Below are positions 48,853 to 59,073 of a stretch of 64,000 nt of DNA, piece after piece. The notes under the pieces were generated by a model, which worked only from the letters and a program-made list of their open reading frames with translations, was not told the DNA's origin and searched no databases. A program made the translations under genes and the position numbers. Each line of letters starts with the position of its first letter. The first letter of the stretch is position 1. Origin of the DNA: Candidatus Eiseniibacteriota bacterium (GTDB lineage Bacteria; Eisenbacteria; RBG-16-71-46); assembly GCA_963717505.1 (NCBI GenBank), contig OY970342.1:2432001-2496000 (forward strand), read 5' to 3'.

Positions 48853-50130
48853 ATGATGAACTCGATTCTCGCTCCCGACATTCTCGGCCAGATCGACGAA
48901 ATCAGCTCGGCGGACGTCATCGTCGGCATTCCTTCGTTCAACAACGCGCGCACGATCGGGCATGTGGTTCACGCGGCGGTCACCGGGCTTGCGAAGTACT
49001 TTCCGGACCTGCGCACGGTCCTGGTCAATTCCGACGGTGGCTCGACCGACGGCACCGCCGATGTGGTCGCGGGATCCGAGTTAGGGGGCGCCCAGGCGCT
49101 GCTGCTGCGCCGCGAGGCGCGGCCCGTGCGCAAGGTGATCACTGCGTACCAGGGAATTCCCGGCAAGGGCAGTGCCTTTCGTACGATCTTCGAGATCGCG
49201 CACCGGCTGGGGGCCAGGGCCTGCGTGGTCGTCGACAGCGATCTGCGCAGCATCACGCCCGAATGGTTCGAGCTGTTGCTCGGTCCGGTTCTGCACGACG
49301 GCTTCGACTACGTCTGTCCGCTCTATTCGCGGCACAAGTACGACGGCACGATCACCAACTCGATCGTCTACCCGCTGGTGCGCTCCCTTTACGGCTCGCG
49401 CATCCGACAGCCGATCGGTGGCGACTTCGGCTTCTCCGGCGCGCTCGCCGGGCACTTCCTCGAGCACGACGTGTGGAACACGGATGTCGCGCGCTTCGGC
49501 ATCGACATCTGGATGACCACGACCGCGCTGGTCGGCCGGTTCAAAGTGTGCCAGTCGTATCTCGGGGCCAAGATTCACGACGCCAAGGACCCCGGCGCCC
49601 ACCTGAGCGCGATGCTCATGCAGGTCACCGGCGCGCTGTTCGAGCAGCTCGAGACCCACGAGCGGTTCTGGCAGCCGATCCGGGGATCGGAGGCGGTGCC
49701 GCAGTTCGGTTTTCACTACGCGGTGGGTCTCGAGCCGGTCCCGGTCCAGGTCGCGCGCATGGTGCACGCGTACCGCCAGGGAATTCAGGAGTTCTCCAGC
49801 ATCTATCAGAAATTCCTGTCGGAGGCGACGCGGTCCGAGCTCGAGGAAGTCGCGCGTCAGCCCGACGACGCGTTCCACATGCCGGCCGAGGTCTGGGTGC
49901 GCGTGGTCTACGAATTCGCGGCGGCGGCGCACCACCGGCGCTTGCCCAGCGAACATTTGCTGCCGACGCTGACGCCTTTGTATCTGGGCCGAACCGCCTC
50001 TTGGGTGCACCAGGCGGCGGAGTTCGGCTCCGCGGAAGTCGAACACGAGCTGGATGCTCTGGGCCAGCGCTTCGAAGAGTGGAAGCCATGGTTCGTGGAG
50101 CGCTGGCATGAAGGGAGGAGTACCCAATGA
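48853..50130 (+). CDS. ggs: glucosylglycerate synthase / mannosylglycerate-synthase-like glycosyltransferase
   Basis: VGIPSFNNARTIGHV, NSDGGSTDGT, GKGSA, VDSDL, RQPIGGDF, FGIDIWMT, KIHDAKDP; context of gpgS/gpgP. Confidence 0.75.
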   Translation: MMNSILAPDILGQIDEISSADVIVGIPSFNNARTIGHVVHAAVTGLAKYFPDLRTVLVNSDGGSTDGTADVVAGSELGGAQALLLRREARPVRKVITAYQGIPGKGSAFRTIFEIAHRLGARACVVVDSDLRSITPEWFELLLGPVLHDGFDYVCPLYSRHKYDGTITNSIVYPLVRSLYGSRIRQPIGGDFGFSGALAGHFLEHDVWNTDVARFGIDIWMTTTALVGRFKVCQSYLGAKIHDAKDPGAHLSAMLMQVTGALFEQLETHERFWQPIRGSEAVPQFGFHYAVGLEPVPVQVARMVHAYRQGIQEFSSIYQKFLSEATRSELEEVARQPDDAFHMPAEVWVRVVYEFAAAAHHRRLPSEHLLPTLTPLYLGRTASWVHQAAEFGSAEVEHELDALGQRFEEWKPWFVERWHEGRSTQ

Positions 50131-50828
50131 ACTCGGACTATTCTTCGATCTGGGCACCGCTCGAGCGGTTCCTGGAGCGCAGCGCGGCGCTGGTGCCGGT
50201 GATGATCGCCGTGCTGGTCGTCCTGTCCGCCGGGCTGGTGGTGGCGCTGTTGCTCGAGAACCTGGTGCGCTGGCTTTTGAACTCCATCGGCTTCGACCGC
50301 CTCGGGCGCGGCCGGCACGTGGCCGAGGTGTTGCGCCGTACCAGCCTCCGACAGACCCCGTCGGCCATGGCGGGGCAAGTGGTTCGCTGGCTGGTGGTGG
50401 TGTTCACGCTGCTCGGTGCGTTGTCGATCCTGAGCGCCGAGGCGACCGACACCGTGCTGACCGCGATGGTCCACTACCTGCCGCGTCTGGCGGCGGGACT
50501 GTTGCTGATCGCCCTGGGCTGGGCGGTGGGCACGTTCGCGACCCGCAGCGTATTGATCTGGGCGGTCAACTCGCGACTCCAGGGCGGGCCGTGGCTCGCG
50601 GCCGGCGTACGGATTCTGGTCAGCGTGTTCTTCCTGGCGCTGGCGCTCGAGAACCTGGGTTTCGGGCGCGACATCGCGCTGGTGGTGCTCGCCATCCTGC
50701 TCGGGGGCGGCGTGCTCGCGGCGGCATTGGCGTTCGGTCTCGCGGGCAAGGACCTGGCGCACACCTACCTCGAGAAGATGACGCGCGATCTGTCGGAGGA
50801 AGATCGCGACACGTTGTCGCACTTGTAG
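50127..50828 (+). CDS. mechanosensitive-channel TM-helix protein (CmpX-like)
   Basis: GFDRL, YLPRLAAGLL, ALAFGLAGKD; several TM segments. Confidence 0.7.
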   Translation: MNSDYSSIWAPLERFLERSAALVPVMIAVLVVLSAGLVVALLLENLVRWLLNSIGFDRLGRGRHVAEVLRRTSLRQTPSAMAGQVVRWLVVVFTLLGALSILSAEATDTVLTAMVHYLPRLAAGLLLIALGWAVGTFATRSVLIWAVNSRLQGGPWLAAGVRILVSVFFLALALENLGFGRDIALVVLAILLGGGVLAAALAFGLAGKDLAHTYLEKMTRDLSEEDRDTLSHL

Positions 50829-50836
50829 GCCTGGCC

Positions 50837-52042
50837 ATGAGCGACTTCTTCCAGAACGGCGTCATCGCCACGCTCCACCGCCTCGGCCGGCCGAACCCGG
50901 ACGCACTCGAGGAGCGGCTGATCGCACATGCGCGCGTCATGCCCACGGCCCTGGTACTGCCCTGCCTGATCGGTGAGCTGGACGGTCCGGCCCTGGGCCC
51001 GATCGTCGACACGCTGGCGCGCAACCGCTACTTGAGCGAGATCGTCATCGCGCTCGGGCGCGCCGATCGGCGGGACTTCGAGCGCGCTCGCAAGTTCTTC
51101 GAACCGCTCGGATCGCGCGCCATGATCCTGTGGATCGAAGGTCCACGGGTCCAGGAGTTCGTCCGGCAGCTCGACGACAACGAGCTGGACATCGGCGCAC
51201 CCGGCAAGGGGAGGGCGACGTGGCTGTCGATCGGCTGCGTGCTCGGCGGCCGCTGTACCGCCATGGTGCTGCACGACGCCGACATCCTGACCTACGACCG
51301 CAATCTGCTGGCGCGGCTCTGCTACCCGATCATGGATCCCAGCCTCGGGTACGAGTACGTCAAAGGCTACTACAGCCGCGTCACCGATCGGCTGCACGGT
51401 CGCGTGACCCGTCTGTTCCTGACGCCTTTGATTCGAGCCTTGGTCCACGTCATCGGCTCGACCCCGTTCCTGCGCTACATGGACAGCTTCCGTTACGCGC
51501 TGTCCGGCGAGTTCGGCATGACCGTGGACCTGGCCCGCTCGATTCGTTTTCCCGGGGACTGGGGACTCGAGGTCGGCGTGCTCGCCGAGGTCTATCGCAA
51601 CACCGCCATGCGCCGGGTGTGCCAGGTCGACGTGCTCGACAACTACGACCACAAGCACCAATCGCTGTCGCCCGAGGACGAATCCACCGGGCTCAATCGC
51701 ATGACCCGCGACATCGCCAAGTCGCTGCTGCGCACCATCACCATGGAAGGGTTCGCCTGCCCCGAGGGGTTCTATACGGCGCTCAAGGTCACGTATCTGC
51801 GCATGGCCGAGGACGCGGTGCGCACCTATCACGACGACGCGATCGTCAACGGCCTGCAGTTCGACCGGCACTCCGAGACTCTTGCGGTCGAAGTGTTCAC
51901 GCGCTCGCTGTCGCGCGCGTGCGACGAGTTTCGGGAAGCGCCGCTCGCCTATTTCGGTTTGCCCAACTGGAATCGCGTGACGTCGGCGATTCCCGGCGTG
52001 CTCGAGCACTACCGGGGAGCCATCGAAAAGGACAATGCCTAG
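50837..52042 (+). CDS. gpgS: glucosyl-3-phosphoglycerate synthase
   Basis: MSDFFQNGVIATLH, GKGRATW, HDADI, KGYYSR, GRVTRL, YALSGEF, DWGLEVG, YDHKHQ. Confidence 0.85.
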   Translation: MSDFFQNGVIATLHRLGRPNPDALEERLIAHARVMPTALVLPCLIGELDGPALGPIVDTLARNRYLSEIVIALGRADRRDFERARKFFEPLGSRAMILWIEGPRVQEFVRQLDDNELDIGAPGKGRATWLSIGCVLGGRCTAMVLHDADILTYDRNLLARLCYPIMDPSLGYEYVKGYYSRVTDRLHGRVTRLFLTPLIRALVHVIGSTPFLRYMDSFRYALSGEFGMTVDLARSIRFPGDWGLEVGVLAEVYRNTAMRRVCQVDVLDNYDHKHQSLSPEDESTGLNRMTRDIAKSLLRTITMEGFACPEGFYTALKVTYLRMAEDAVRTYHDDAIVNGLQFDRHSETLAVEVFTRSLSRACDEFREAPLAYFGLPNWNRVTSAIPGVLEHYRGAIEKDNA

Positions 52043-52901
52043 CGCCGCAGGGGGGCCGCGCGAACCGCAGGCCAGCCCGCCGTTGATCGTGGTGTTCAGC
52101 GACCTGGACGGCACGCTGCTCGATCACGACACCTACGACGCGGCTCCGGCGCGCCCGGCGCTCGATCGGCTCGCCTCGCTCGGGGCGATCGTCGTGCTCG
52201 CGAGCAGCAAGACTCGCGCAGAAATGGAAGCGTGGCGCGAACGGCTCGGCCTCGGCGGTCCGTTCATCAGCGAGAACGGTGGTGCCCTCTACGTGCCGGC
52301 CGGAGGTGTCGCGGGATCGTGGCCGGGGGCGGAGCGCGAGGGTGACTTGTGGTGCGTCGCGATCGGCACGCCGTACGCCGAACTGCGCCGCGCGCTTCCC
52401 GAGTTGGCCGCCGCGGTCGGCGCCAGGCTCACCGGCTTGGGCGACCTGTCGGTCGCCGAGGTCGCCGCGGCCACCGGGCTCACCCTCGCCGACGCCCTTC
52501 TCGCCCAGCGGCGGGAATGGGACGAGCCGTTCACCAGCGACCGCATGCTCGGCGGCGACGATCTACGCACGCTCGAGCGCGCGGCTCGAGCCCGCGGGCT
52601 CAGCGTGACCCGCGGCGGGCGCTTCCATCACCTGGTGGGACCCTCGAGCAAGGGGGCTGCGGCTCGACGGTTCCTCGCCGGACTCGACACCGGTGGCCGC
52701 CGGGTGCAAACGCTCGGGTTCGGTGACGGGCCGAACGATCTCGAGCTGCTCGAGGTCGTGGAGCGGCCGGTCGTGGTTGCGCGGCCCGACGGTTCACACG
52801 ATCCCGACCTGCGCGCGGCACTTCCCGTCGCGACGTTCACGCGCGCCCCCGGAGCGCGCGGCTTCGCCGAAGCGATTGCCGCGGAACTGCCTCAGGGATA
52901 G
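52035..52901 (+). CDS. gpgP: glucosyl/mannosyl-3-phosphoglycerate phosphatase (HAD IIB)
   Basis: SDLDGTLLD, SSKTRAE, ENGG, REWDEP, GGRFHH, KG, GDGPND. Confidence 0.88.
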   Translation: MPSAAGGPREPQASPPLIVVFSDLDGTLLDHDTYDAAPARPALDRLASLGAIVVLASSKTRAEMEAWRERLGLGGPFISENGGALYVPAGGVAGSWPGAEREGDLWCVAIGTPYAELRRALPELAAAVGARLTGLGDLSVAEVAAATGLTLADALLAQRREWDEPFTSDRMLGGDDLRTLERAARARGLSVTRGGRFHHLVGPSSKGAAARRFLAGLDTGGRRVQTLGFGDGPNDLELLEVVERPVVVARPDGSHDPDLRAALPVATFTRAPGARGFAEAIAAELPQG

Positions 52902-54211
52902 ACCAGCACCACCACCAGATCGTTGACGTTGGTGCCGCTGGCTCCCGGGCGCCACGCGTCGCCGAGTTTCGCGAAGAAGGTCGCGGTGTCGTTGTCGGCG
53001 AGGGCGGCGTCGGCGAAGAGACCGAGGGATCGCGCGCGCGCCAACGTGTCGCCGGTCGCCACCGCTCCGGCGCTGTCGCCGCTGCCGTCGATGCCGTCGG
53101 TGGCAAAGCTCAGCACCGCGACTCGATCCAGGCCGGCGATTTCGAGGGCTGAACCCAGCGCCAGTTCGCTGTTCCGCCCGCCGCGGCCCTGGCCGCGGAC
53201 GGTCACCGTGGTTTCGCCGCCGAACACCAGACACGCAGGCGCGGCCAGTGGCACGCCATGCGTGCGCATGGTGCGGGCAACCCCGCCGATCACCCGCCCG
53301 GCCTCGCGCGCCTCGCCGCGCAGGAACAGGCTCGCGATGCGCGCGCGAAACCCGAGCGACTCCGCATGATGGCGCACGGCCTCGACCGCGATCCGGTTCG
53401 ATCCGACCATCACAACGGTCGCCTCGGGGGCCGCCGCGGCCACGTCCTTGCGCGCCGCATCGAGTGCCGACACCAGATCGGGATGGCCGGCCGCGAGGTC
53501 GTAGCGAACCAGCACGGCCCGCGCTTCCTCGGGTCCGGTGGGCGAGGGGACCACCGGGCCCGAGGCGATGGCGGCCGGATCGTCGCCGACCACGTCGGAG
53601 AGGAGGAGCGCAACCACCCGTGCTGGTGCTGCCAGACGCGCGAGCCCGCCCCCCTTGATGCGCGACAGCGCACGCCGCACGGTGTTGAGCTCGTGAATGT
53701 CAGCCCCGGCGTGCTGGAGCGCCTGAGTTCCCGCGCGCAGCCGTTCGAGCTCGATGCCGGGGAGGGGCAGCTCCATCAGTGCCGATCCGCCTCCCGAGAC
53801 CAGCACCAGCACGACGTTCTCGGGCTGTCCGTCGGCCAACATCGCCGCAACCGATCGTCCGGCCTCGAGACTCCCGGCGTCTGGCAAGGGATGGCCGGCG
53901 CCGACCATGCGCACGCGCCCCGTGATTCCTTCGACCTTGGCTCCATGCGGACAGGCGACGAGTCCGGCGGTCACGCGATCGCCGAGGACGTCGAGTGCCG
54001 CGCGTGTCATTCCCGGCGACGCCTTGCCCAGAGCGATCAGCGACAACCGGGCGTCCGGCGTCAGCTCGATGCTCGCGCCTCCGGCACCGAGCACGCGGCC
54101 GTCCCAGGTCAGGTGGCGGCGCACCGCCGCTGCGGGATCGGCGGCGTCGAGGGCCGCGCGATGTAGCGCTTCCAGGTGTTGGGGGAGTGAGGACCAGGCG
54201 GGATCCGACAT
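52892..54211 (-). CDS. glycerate kinase (MOFRL/DUF4147 family)
   Basis: LGKAS, GHPLPD, SGGGSAL, IASGP, GGETTV, GGRNSE, TDGIDG, GTNVND. Confidence 0.92.
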   Translation of the reverse strand: MSDPAWSSLPQHLEALHRAALDAADPAAAVRRHLTWDGRVLGAGGASIELTPDARLSLIALGKASPGMTRAALDVLGDRVTAGLVACPHGAKVEGITGRVRMVGAGHPLPDAGSLEAGRSVAAMLADGQPENVVLVLVSGGGSALMELPLPGIELERLRAGTQALQHAGADIHELNTVRRALSRIKGGGLARLAAPARVVALLLSDVVGDDPAAIASGPVVPSPTGPEEARAVLVRYDLAAGHPDLVSALDAARKDVAAAAPEATVVMVGSNRIAVEAVRHHAESLGFRARIASLFLRGEAREAGRVIGGVARTMRTHGVPLAAPACLVFGGETTVTVRGQGRGGRNSELALGSALEIAGLDRVAVLSFATDGIDGSGDSAGAVATGDTLARARSLGLFADAALADNDTATFFAKLGDAWRPGASGTNVNDLVVVLVYP

Positions 54212-54318
54212 TCCGCGCAGCCTAGCACGGTCGTGGACGATGACCGCGCGTGTCGACCGGCCGCGCGTGATCCGGTGTTTCCACGTCCGTGATATTCTCC
54301 ACCGTTCAGGTTTCCCCT

Positions 54319-55941
54319 ATGACCCTTCATCTCTCCGGCACCGTCAACGGCGAATTCCAGAGCTGGGTCCTCGATCGGCCCCGCATGGCGATCGGCCGTG
54401 CCTCAAAGAACGACATCCAGCTCGCGGACGCCACGATCTCCAAGGAACACGCAGAGATCCTGGTCGAGAACGGGCGGGTTCGGATCCGCGACCTGGGGAG
54501 CCGAAACGGCACCCGGGTGAACGGGGCGGACGCGAAAGCGGCGCTGCCGATCCAAGCCGGCGACCGGGTCGAGATCGGCCACCTGGCGATGGCGGTTTCG
54601 GTCGACGCTCCGAGCCGGCCGCTGTCGCTCAATGACCGCACGGTGCTCGGCTCCTCGCACCGCATCCATCTCGATCACGTGCTCGAACGGCGCACCCAGA
54701 ACTCGGCGAGCGCTCGCACGATCGTGCAGCTCCTGGCCGAGGCCGGGCAGGTGCTGGTGCTGCCGCGGCCGCTCAAGGAGACCTGCGAGCAGATCCTCGA
54801 GATCGCAGCCAGGGCGGTGCCGGCGTCGCGCTACGTGGTGTTGTTCGGCAGCGAGCCCGACGCCGACCCGGTGCAGATCGCCGCGCGTATGGCCGAAGGG
54901 ATGACCGACAAGCCCCTGATCCTGTCGCGCTCGATCATGAGGGCGGTGCTCGATGAGTGCACGTCGGTGTTGACTGCCGACGCCGCGTCGGACATCCGCT
55001 TCGCGGGGCAGGAGAGCATCATCGCGCAGGCTGTCCACTCCGCGATGGCGGTGCCCCTGTTCGACAACGAACGGGTCCTCGGGCTGATCTACGTCGACCG
55101 ACAGGATCGGAGCGGACCGTTCGATCACGAGCAGCTCGAGCTGCTCACGCTGCTCGCCAACATGGCGGCGGTCAAGATCCGGAACGCGCAACTGCTCGAC
55201 GCCGAGCGCGCCTCACAGCAAATGGCGCAGCAGCTCGAGACCGCGGCGTCGATTCAGCGCGGATTGCTGCCGGGCGCCCCGCCGTCGGTGGATGGCTGGG
55301 AGTTCGACGCGTTTCTCGAATCCTGCTACGCGGTGGGCGGCGATCTCTACGACTTCTACCGGCATCCGGACGGCCGGCTGGTGTTCCTGGTCGGCGACGT
55401 GTCGGGCAAGGGGCTCGGGGCTGCACTCCTCATGTCGTCGCTGATCTCGGCGGCTCGGGTGCTCTACCCGACCTGCGACAGCGTCTCCGAGCTGGCGAAC
55501 CAGATGTCGGCCGCGGTGTTCCGGAGCAGCGATCCCGGACGCTTCGTGACCGGTGTCGTGGGCTGCCTCGATCCCGCGAGCGGCTCGCTCCACTACGTCA
55601 ATGCCGGACATCCGCCGCCGTGCATCGTTTCGCGCGGTGAGATCACCGAGCTGGCAGCGACCGGCGTCCCGTTCGGGGTGCTGCCCGGATTTCGCTACGA
55701 AGTGCGTGACGCCACGATGTCCCCCGGGGATCTGCTCGCGGTGTTCAGCGACGGCATCCCCGAAGCGCAGCGCGGCGAGGAATTCTTCGACGAAGCGCGA
55801 GTCCACGAAGCCCTGCGCGAGGCGGCACTGGCGCCCGACCTGGCAACGGCGCGCCGCGCCCTGGTCGCGCGCGTGGACGCATTCGCCTCGGGCGCCGGAC
55901 GCGGCGACGACCTGACCTTGTTCCTGGCGCGGCGCAAGTGA
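54319..55941 (+). CDS. FHA-GAF-SpoIIE (PP2C) phosphatase
   Basis: IGRAS..ISKEHA..DLGSRNGT (FHA); GAF domain; VGGDLYD, GDVSGKG, NAGHPP, SDGI, DDLT. Confidence 0.9.
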   Translation: MTLHLSGTVNGEFQSWVLDRPRMAIGRASKNDIQLADATISKEHAEILVENGRVRIRDLGSRNGTRVNGADAKAALPIQAGDRVEIGHLAMAVSVDAPSRPLSLNDRTVLGSSHRIHLDHVLERRTQNSASARTIVQLLAEAGQVLVLPRPLKETCEQILEIAARAVPASRYVVLFGSEPDADPVQIAARMAEGMTDKPLILSRSIMRAVLDECTSVLTADAASDIRFAGQESIIAQAVHSAMAVPLFDNERVLGLIYVDRQDRSGPFDHEQLELLTLLANMAAVKIRNAQLLDAERASQQMAQQLETAASIQRGLLPGAPPSVDGWEFDAFLESCYAVGGDLYDFYRHPDGRLVFLVGDVSGKGLGAALLMSSLISAARVLYPTCDSVSELANQMSAAVFRSSDPGRFVTGVVGCLDPASGSLHYVNAGHPPPCIVSRGEITELAATGVPFGVLPGFRYEVRDATMSPGDLLAVFSDGIPEAQRGEEFFDEARVHEALREAALAPDLATARRALVARVDAFASGAGRGDDLTLFLARRK

Positions 55942-58900
55942 AGGCAGCGACCCCGCGGCCGCGCACCCCCACGATCCCGGCCTGGGGTGCCTGGTGTTTC
56001 CTGGCCTCCGGTGCCGCGGCGCTGATCTACGAAGTCGTGTGGTTCAAGCAGCTCTCGTATCTGCTCGGGAACTCGTTGCACGCGGTGGCGACCGTGGTCG
56101 CGGCGTTCCTGGCCGGGCTGGCACTCGGCGCGCGCTTTCTGGGGACACCGCTCGCCCGGCGCGGCGAGGGTGCGAGGATGTACGGGTTGCTCGAGCTGGG
56201 AGTCGGACTGATCGGCTTGGTCTCCATGCCCGGACTGCGCGCGCTCGATCCGGTGATCGGCACGCTGTATCAAAGCCTGGGGGGCGAAGGCACCGCGTTC
56301 GGGTTTGCCCGACTCGGCCTGATGTTCGTGCTGCTGGTGCCGCCCGCGGCCCTGATGGGCGCCACCCTGCCGGTGCTGGTCGCTCATTTCGAACGCGGCA
56401 AGCTCGGCCCCGGGCTCGCGCGGCTCTATGCGATCAACACGTTCGGAGCCGTGGTCGGCTCGGTCACGGGCGGCTTCCTGCTGCTGCCCAATCTGGGACT
56501 GCTGGCGACGACCTGGGTCGCCGCAGGACTCAACTTCCTGGTCGCGCTGGTGTCGTGGCGCGCGGCGGGTCCGCGTGCCGCGCCTGTGGCACGCGAGGCC
56601 GCGCGCGAAGCCGAGGTGCCTCCGATGATCGAGGGCGCCATCACCGGAGGCGCGCGTGCCGTTTTCGCCTTTGCATTTGCGCTCTCCGGGTTCGCGGCAC
56701 TCGCGTTCCAGATCGCGTGGGTCCGTCTGTTCAGCCTGACCTTCGGCTCTTCCGTCTACTCGTTCGCCGCGGTGCTCGGCATCTACCTCACCGGACTGGC
56801 CCTCGGCGCCGCCGCCGCCTCTGGTCTGCTGCGTCGTGGCGTGCGGCTCGCCGATTTCGCACGCCTCGAGCTGGCGCTCGCCGTGCTCGCCGCGCTCATG
56901 TTGCAAGCGTTCCAGCTCCTGCCGCAGTGGATGTACGAGCTGGTCGAGCGCTCGGGCACCAACTGGGGTGCGGTGATGATCGGCGAGATGATGCTGGTCG
57001 CCGCCCTGATCCTGGTGCCGTGCGCCCTGCTCGGGGCGGTGTTCCCGGTGGCGACGCGGCTGCTGCAGGTGCGCGACGGCGGCCACGCCGCGGGTCTCGC
57101 CTACGCGGTGAACACGGCGGGGACGATCGCCGGCTCGCTGGTCGCCGGCTTCGTGCTGGTCCCGACGTTCGGCGTCCAGGGGACGCATCTGACTGCGGTG
57201 GCGGTCACGATGGTGACCGGGCTGGTCGTCCTCGGGCTCGCCCGGATGCGCCGCGAATCCACCGGGGCTGTCGACCTGGCCTGGGGCGCGAGCGCGGTGG
57301 TGGTGGCCGGGGCCCTGGCGTTCATGGCCCCGCGCTGGGATCCGGCGCTCATGTCCGCCGGACTCTTTCGTCCCATCCAGGCGCGCACGGTTTCGACCCT
57401 CGCCCGCCAGGCGCCGCAGGAGGCGCGCGCCGTGTGGCGCGCCACGCGCGACGAGCGGGTCCTGTTCTACCGCGACGGAATCAACGGCTCGGTGCTGGTT
57501 GCGACCGATCCGATGGAGAGTGCGCGCTGGCTGCGGGTCGGCGGCAAGGTCGACGCCAGCACCAACGACATGGAAACGCAGGTGCTGATCGGACTGATTC
57601 CCGCGATGCTCGCCGATTCCGGCGCCCGCACGCTGGTGATCGGCCATGGCTCCGGAATCACGGCCGCGGCCGTGCTCGCGGGTGGGGCGGGCCCGACCGA
57701 GATCATCGAGATCGAGCCGCACGTGATCGAGGCGTCGCGCTTCTTTCACGCGCCGGGCGAAGATCCGCTCGACGATCCGCGCGTGAAGGTGATCCTCGGC
57801 GACGCGCGAACCCATCTCCTTCACGCCGGCCGACGCTACGACGTCATCGTTTCGGAGCCGACCAATCCCTGGATCAGCGGCGTGAACAGCCTGTTCACGG
57901 TGGATTTCTATCGGCGCGTGCGCGACCGACTGGAACCCGGCGGTGTCTTCGGCCAGTGGATGCAGCTCTACGAGCTGTCGCCCGAGACCTTCCGCTCCTT
58001 GGTGGCGTCGCTGATCGAGGTGTTTCCCGAAGGCCAGGTGTTCGCGGTCTGGCGCGCGGTGGACGTCTTGTTCGTGGTGGTTCCTCCCGATCGCCGCCTG
58101 GCGGTCGAGCGACTCGACACGCCCGCGGGAGCGCGAATGCTCGAACGTGCACAGATCCCTTCGGTGGATGCCCTCGCCGCCTACTACGCCGGGCCGTTCG
58201 CAGCCATGCGCTCGAGTATTCGCCAGGCCACGCTCAACCGGGACGATCGACCGTACGTCGAGTATCGAGCGCCACGCGACGTGATCGAAGTCGGCCGCGC
58301 CGCACTGTTTGGCGATCCCCAGGTGATGGCGCTCCTGCCTTTCGCCGAGGGGCCGCCCGAAGGCCCGCTGTTCGCCGCATGGCCGGCGGATCGCTGGTAC
58401 GAGGCACGCGCGCACTTTCTCGCCCAGCAGGGCGACGTGACCCGGGCGATGATGACGGTGCGTTATGCGCGCGAGGCGGGCTTTCCTGAATCGGCGGATC
58501 GACTGAAGGTCGAAGTCGAGGCCCTCGAGCGTCGTCGACAAAGCGCGGAGGCGTTCGACCGGTCGCGGATGCTCTCCCAGTCCAACCCCACTGAGGCGCT
58601 GGCCGCGCTCGAGACCGCGGTCGAGATCGATCCCACCCACATTCGGGCGTGGCTGGTGCTCGGGGACAAGCGCCGCCAGGCGGGGGACCTGGATGGCGCC
58701 GAAGCCGCGCTGGCCCAGGCCGGCCACAGCAAGGATCCCGGGATTCTGGCCGAGGTGGCGATCATCGGCGGTCTGATCGAGATCGCCCGCGGGCATCCGT
58801 CGATCGCAGCCGAACGATTCCGCGAGGCGCAGCGACTGACGCCGGATCGCGCAAAACCCTACGCGCTCGAGGCGCGAGCGCGGTACGCATCCGGCGATGC

Positions 58901-58997
58901 TGCCGGGGCCGCGGACGCGCTCCAGCGCGGACTGGCTGCGGTCCCGAACGACCCGGAACTGGTGGCGACCCAAAAGGAGATGTCGCGGCAGCGTTGA
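55938..58997 (+). CDS. fused membrane (MFS-like)/spermidine-synthase-like methyltransferase with C-terminal TPRs
   Basis: SGAAALIYEVVW, GATLP, LYAINTFGA; LVIGHGSG, EIEP, DVIVSEPTNPW; TPR-like helices. Confidence 0.85.
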   Translation: MKAATPRPRTPTIPAWGAWCFLASGAAALIYEVVWFKQLSYLLGNSLHAVATVVAAFLAGLALGARFLGTPLARRGEGARMYGLLELGVGLIGLVSMPGLRALDPVIGTLYQSLGGEGTAFGFARLGLMFVLLVPPAALMGATLPVLVAHFERGKLGPGLARLYAINTFGAVVGSVTGGFLLLPNLGLLATTWVAAGLNFLVALVSWRAAGPRAAPVAREAAREAEVPPMIEGAITGGARAVFAFAFALSGFAALAFQIAWVRLFSLTFGSSVYSFAAVLGIYLTGLALGAAAASGLLRRGVRLADFARLELALAVLAALMLQAFQLLPQWMYELVERSGTNWGAVMIGEMMLVAALILVPCALLGAVFPVATRLLQVRDGGHAAGLAYAVNTAGTIAGSLVAGFVLVPTFGVQGTHLTAVAVTMVTGLVVLGLARMRRESTGAVDLAWGASAVVVAGALAFMAPRWDPALMSAGLFRPIQARTVSTLARQAPQEARAVWRATRDERVLFYRDGINGSVLVATDPMESARWLRVGGKVDASTNDMETQVLIGLIPAMLADSGARTLVIGHGSGITAAAVLAGGAGPTEIIEIEPHVIEASRFFHAPGEDPLDDPRVKVILGDARTHLLHAGRRYDVIVSEPTNPWISGVNSLFTVDFYRRVRDRLEPGGVFGQWMQLYELSPETFRSLVASLIEVFPEGQVFAVWRAVDVLFVVVPPDRRLAVERLDTPAGARMLERAQIPSVDALAAYYAGPFAAMRSSIRQATLNRDDRPYVEYRAPRDVIEVGRAALFGDPQVMALLPFAEGPPEGPLFAAWPADRWYEARAHFLAQQGDVTRAMMTVRYAREAGFPESADRLKVEVEALERRRQSAEAFDRSRMLSQSNPTEALAALETAVEIDPTHIRAWLVLGDKRRQAGDLDGAEAALAQAGHSKDPGILAEVAIIGGLIEIARGHPSIAAERFREAQRLTPDRAKPYALEARARYASGDAAGAADALQRGLAAVPNDPELVATQKEMSRQR

Positions 58998-59073
58998 GGT
59001 AGTGCTTGAGCGGGGTTCAGCCGGAGCGTACGCTGATGGAGTTCCGATCTCTCCGGCCGCGAGGTCGTCCGAC

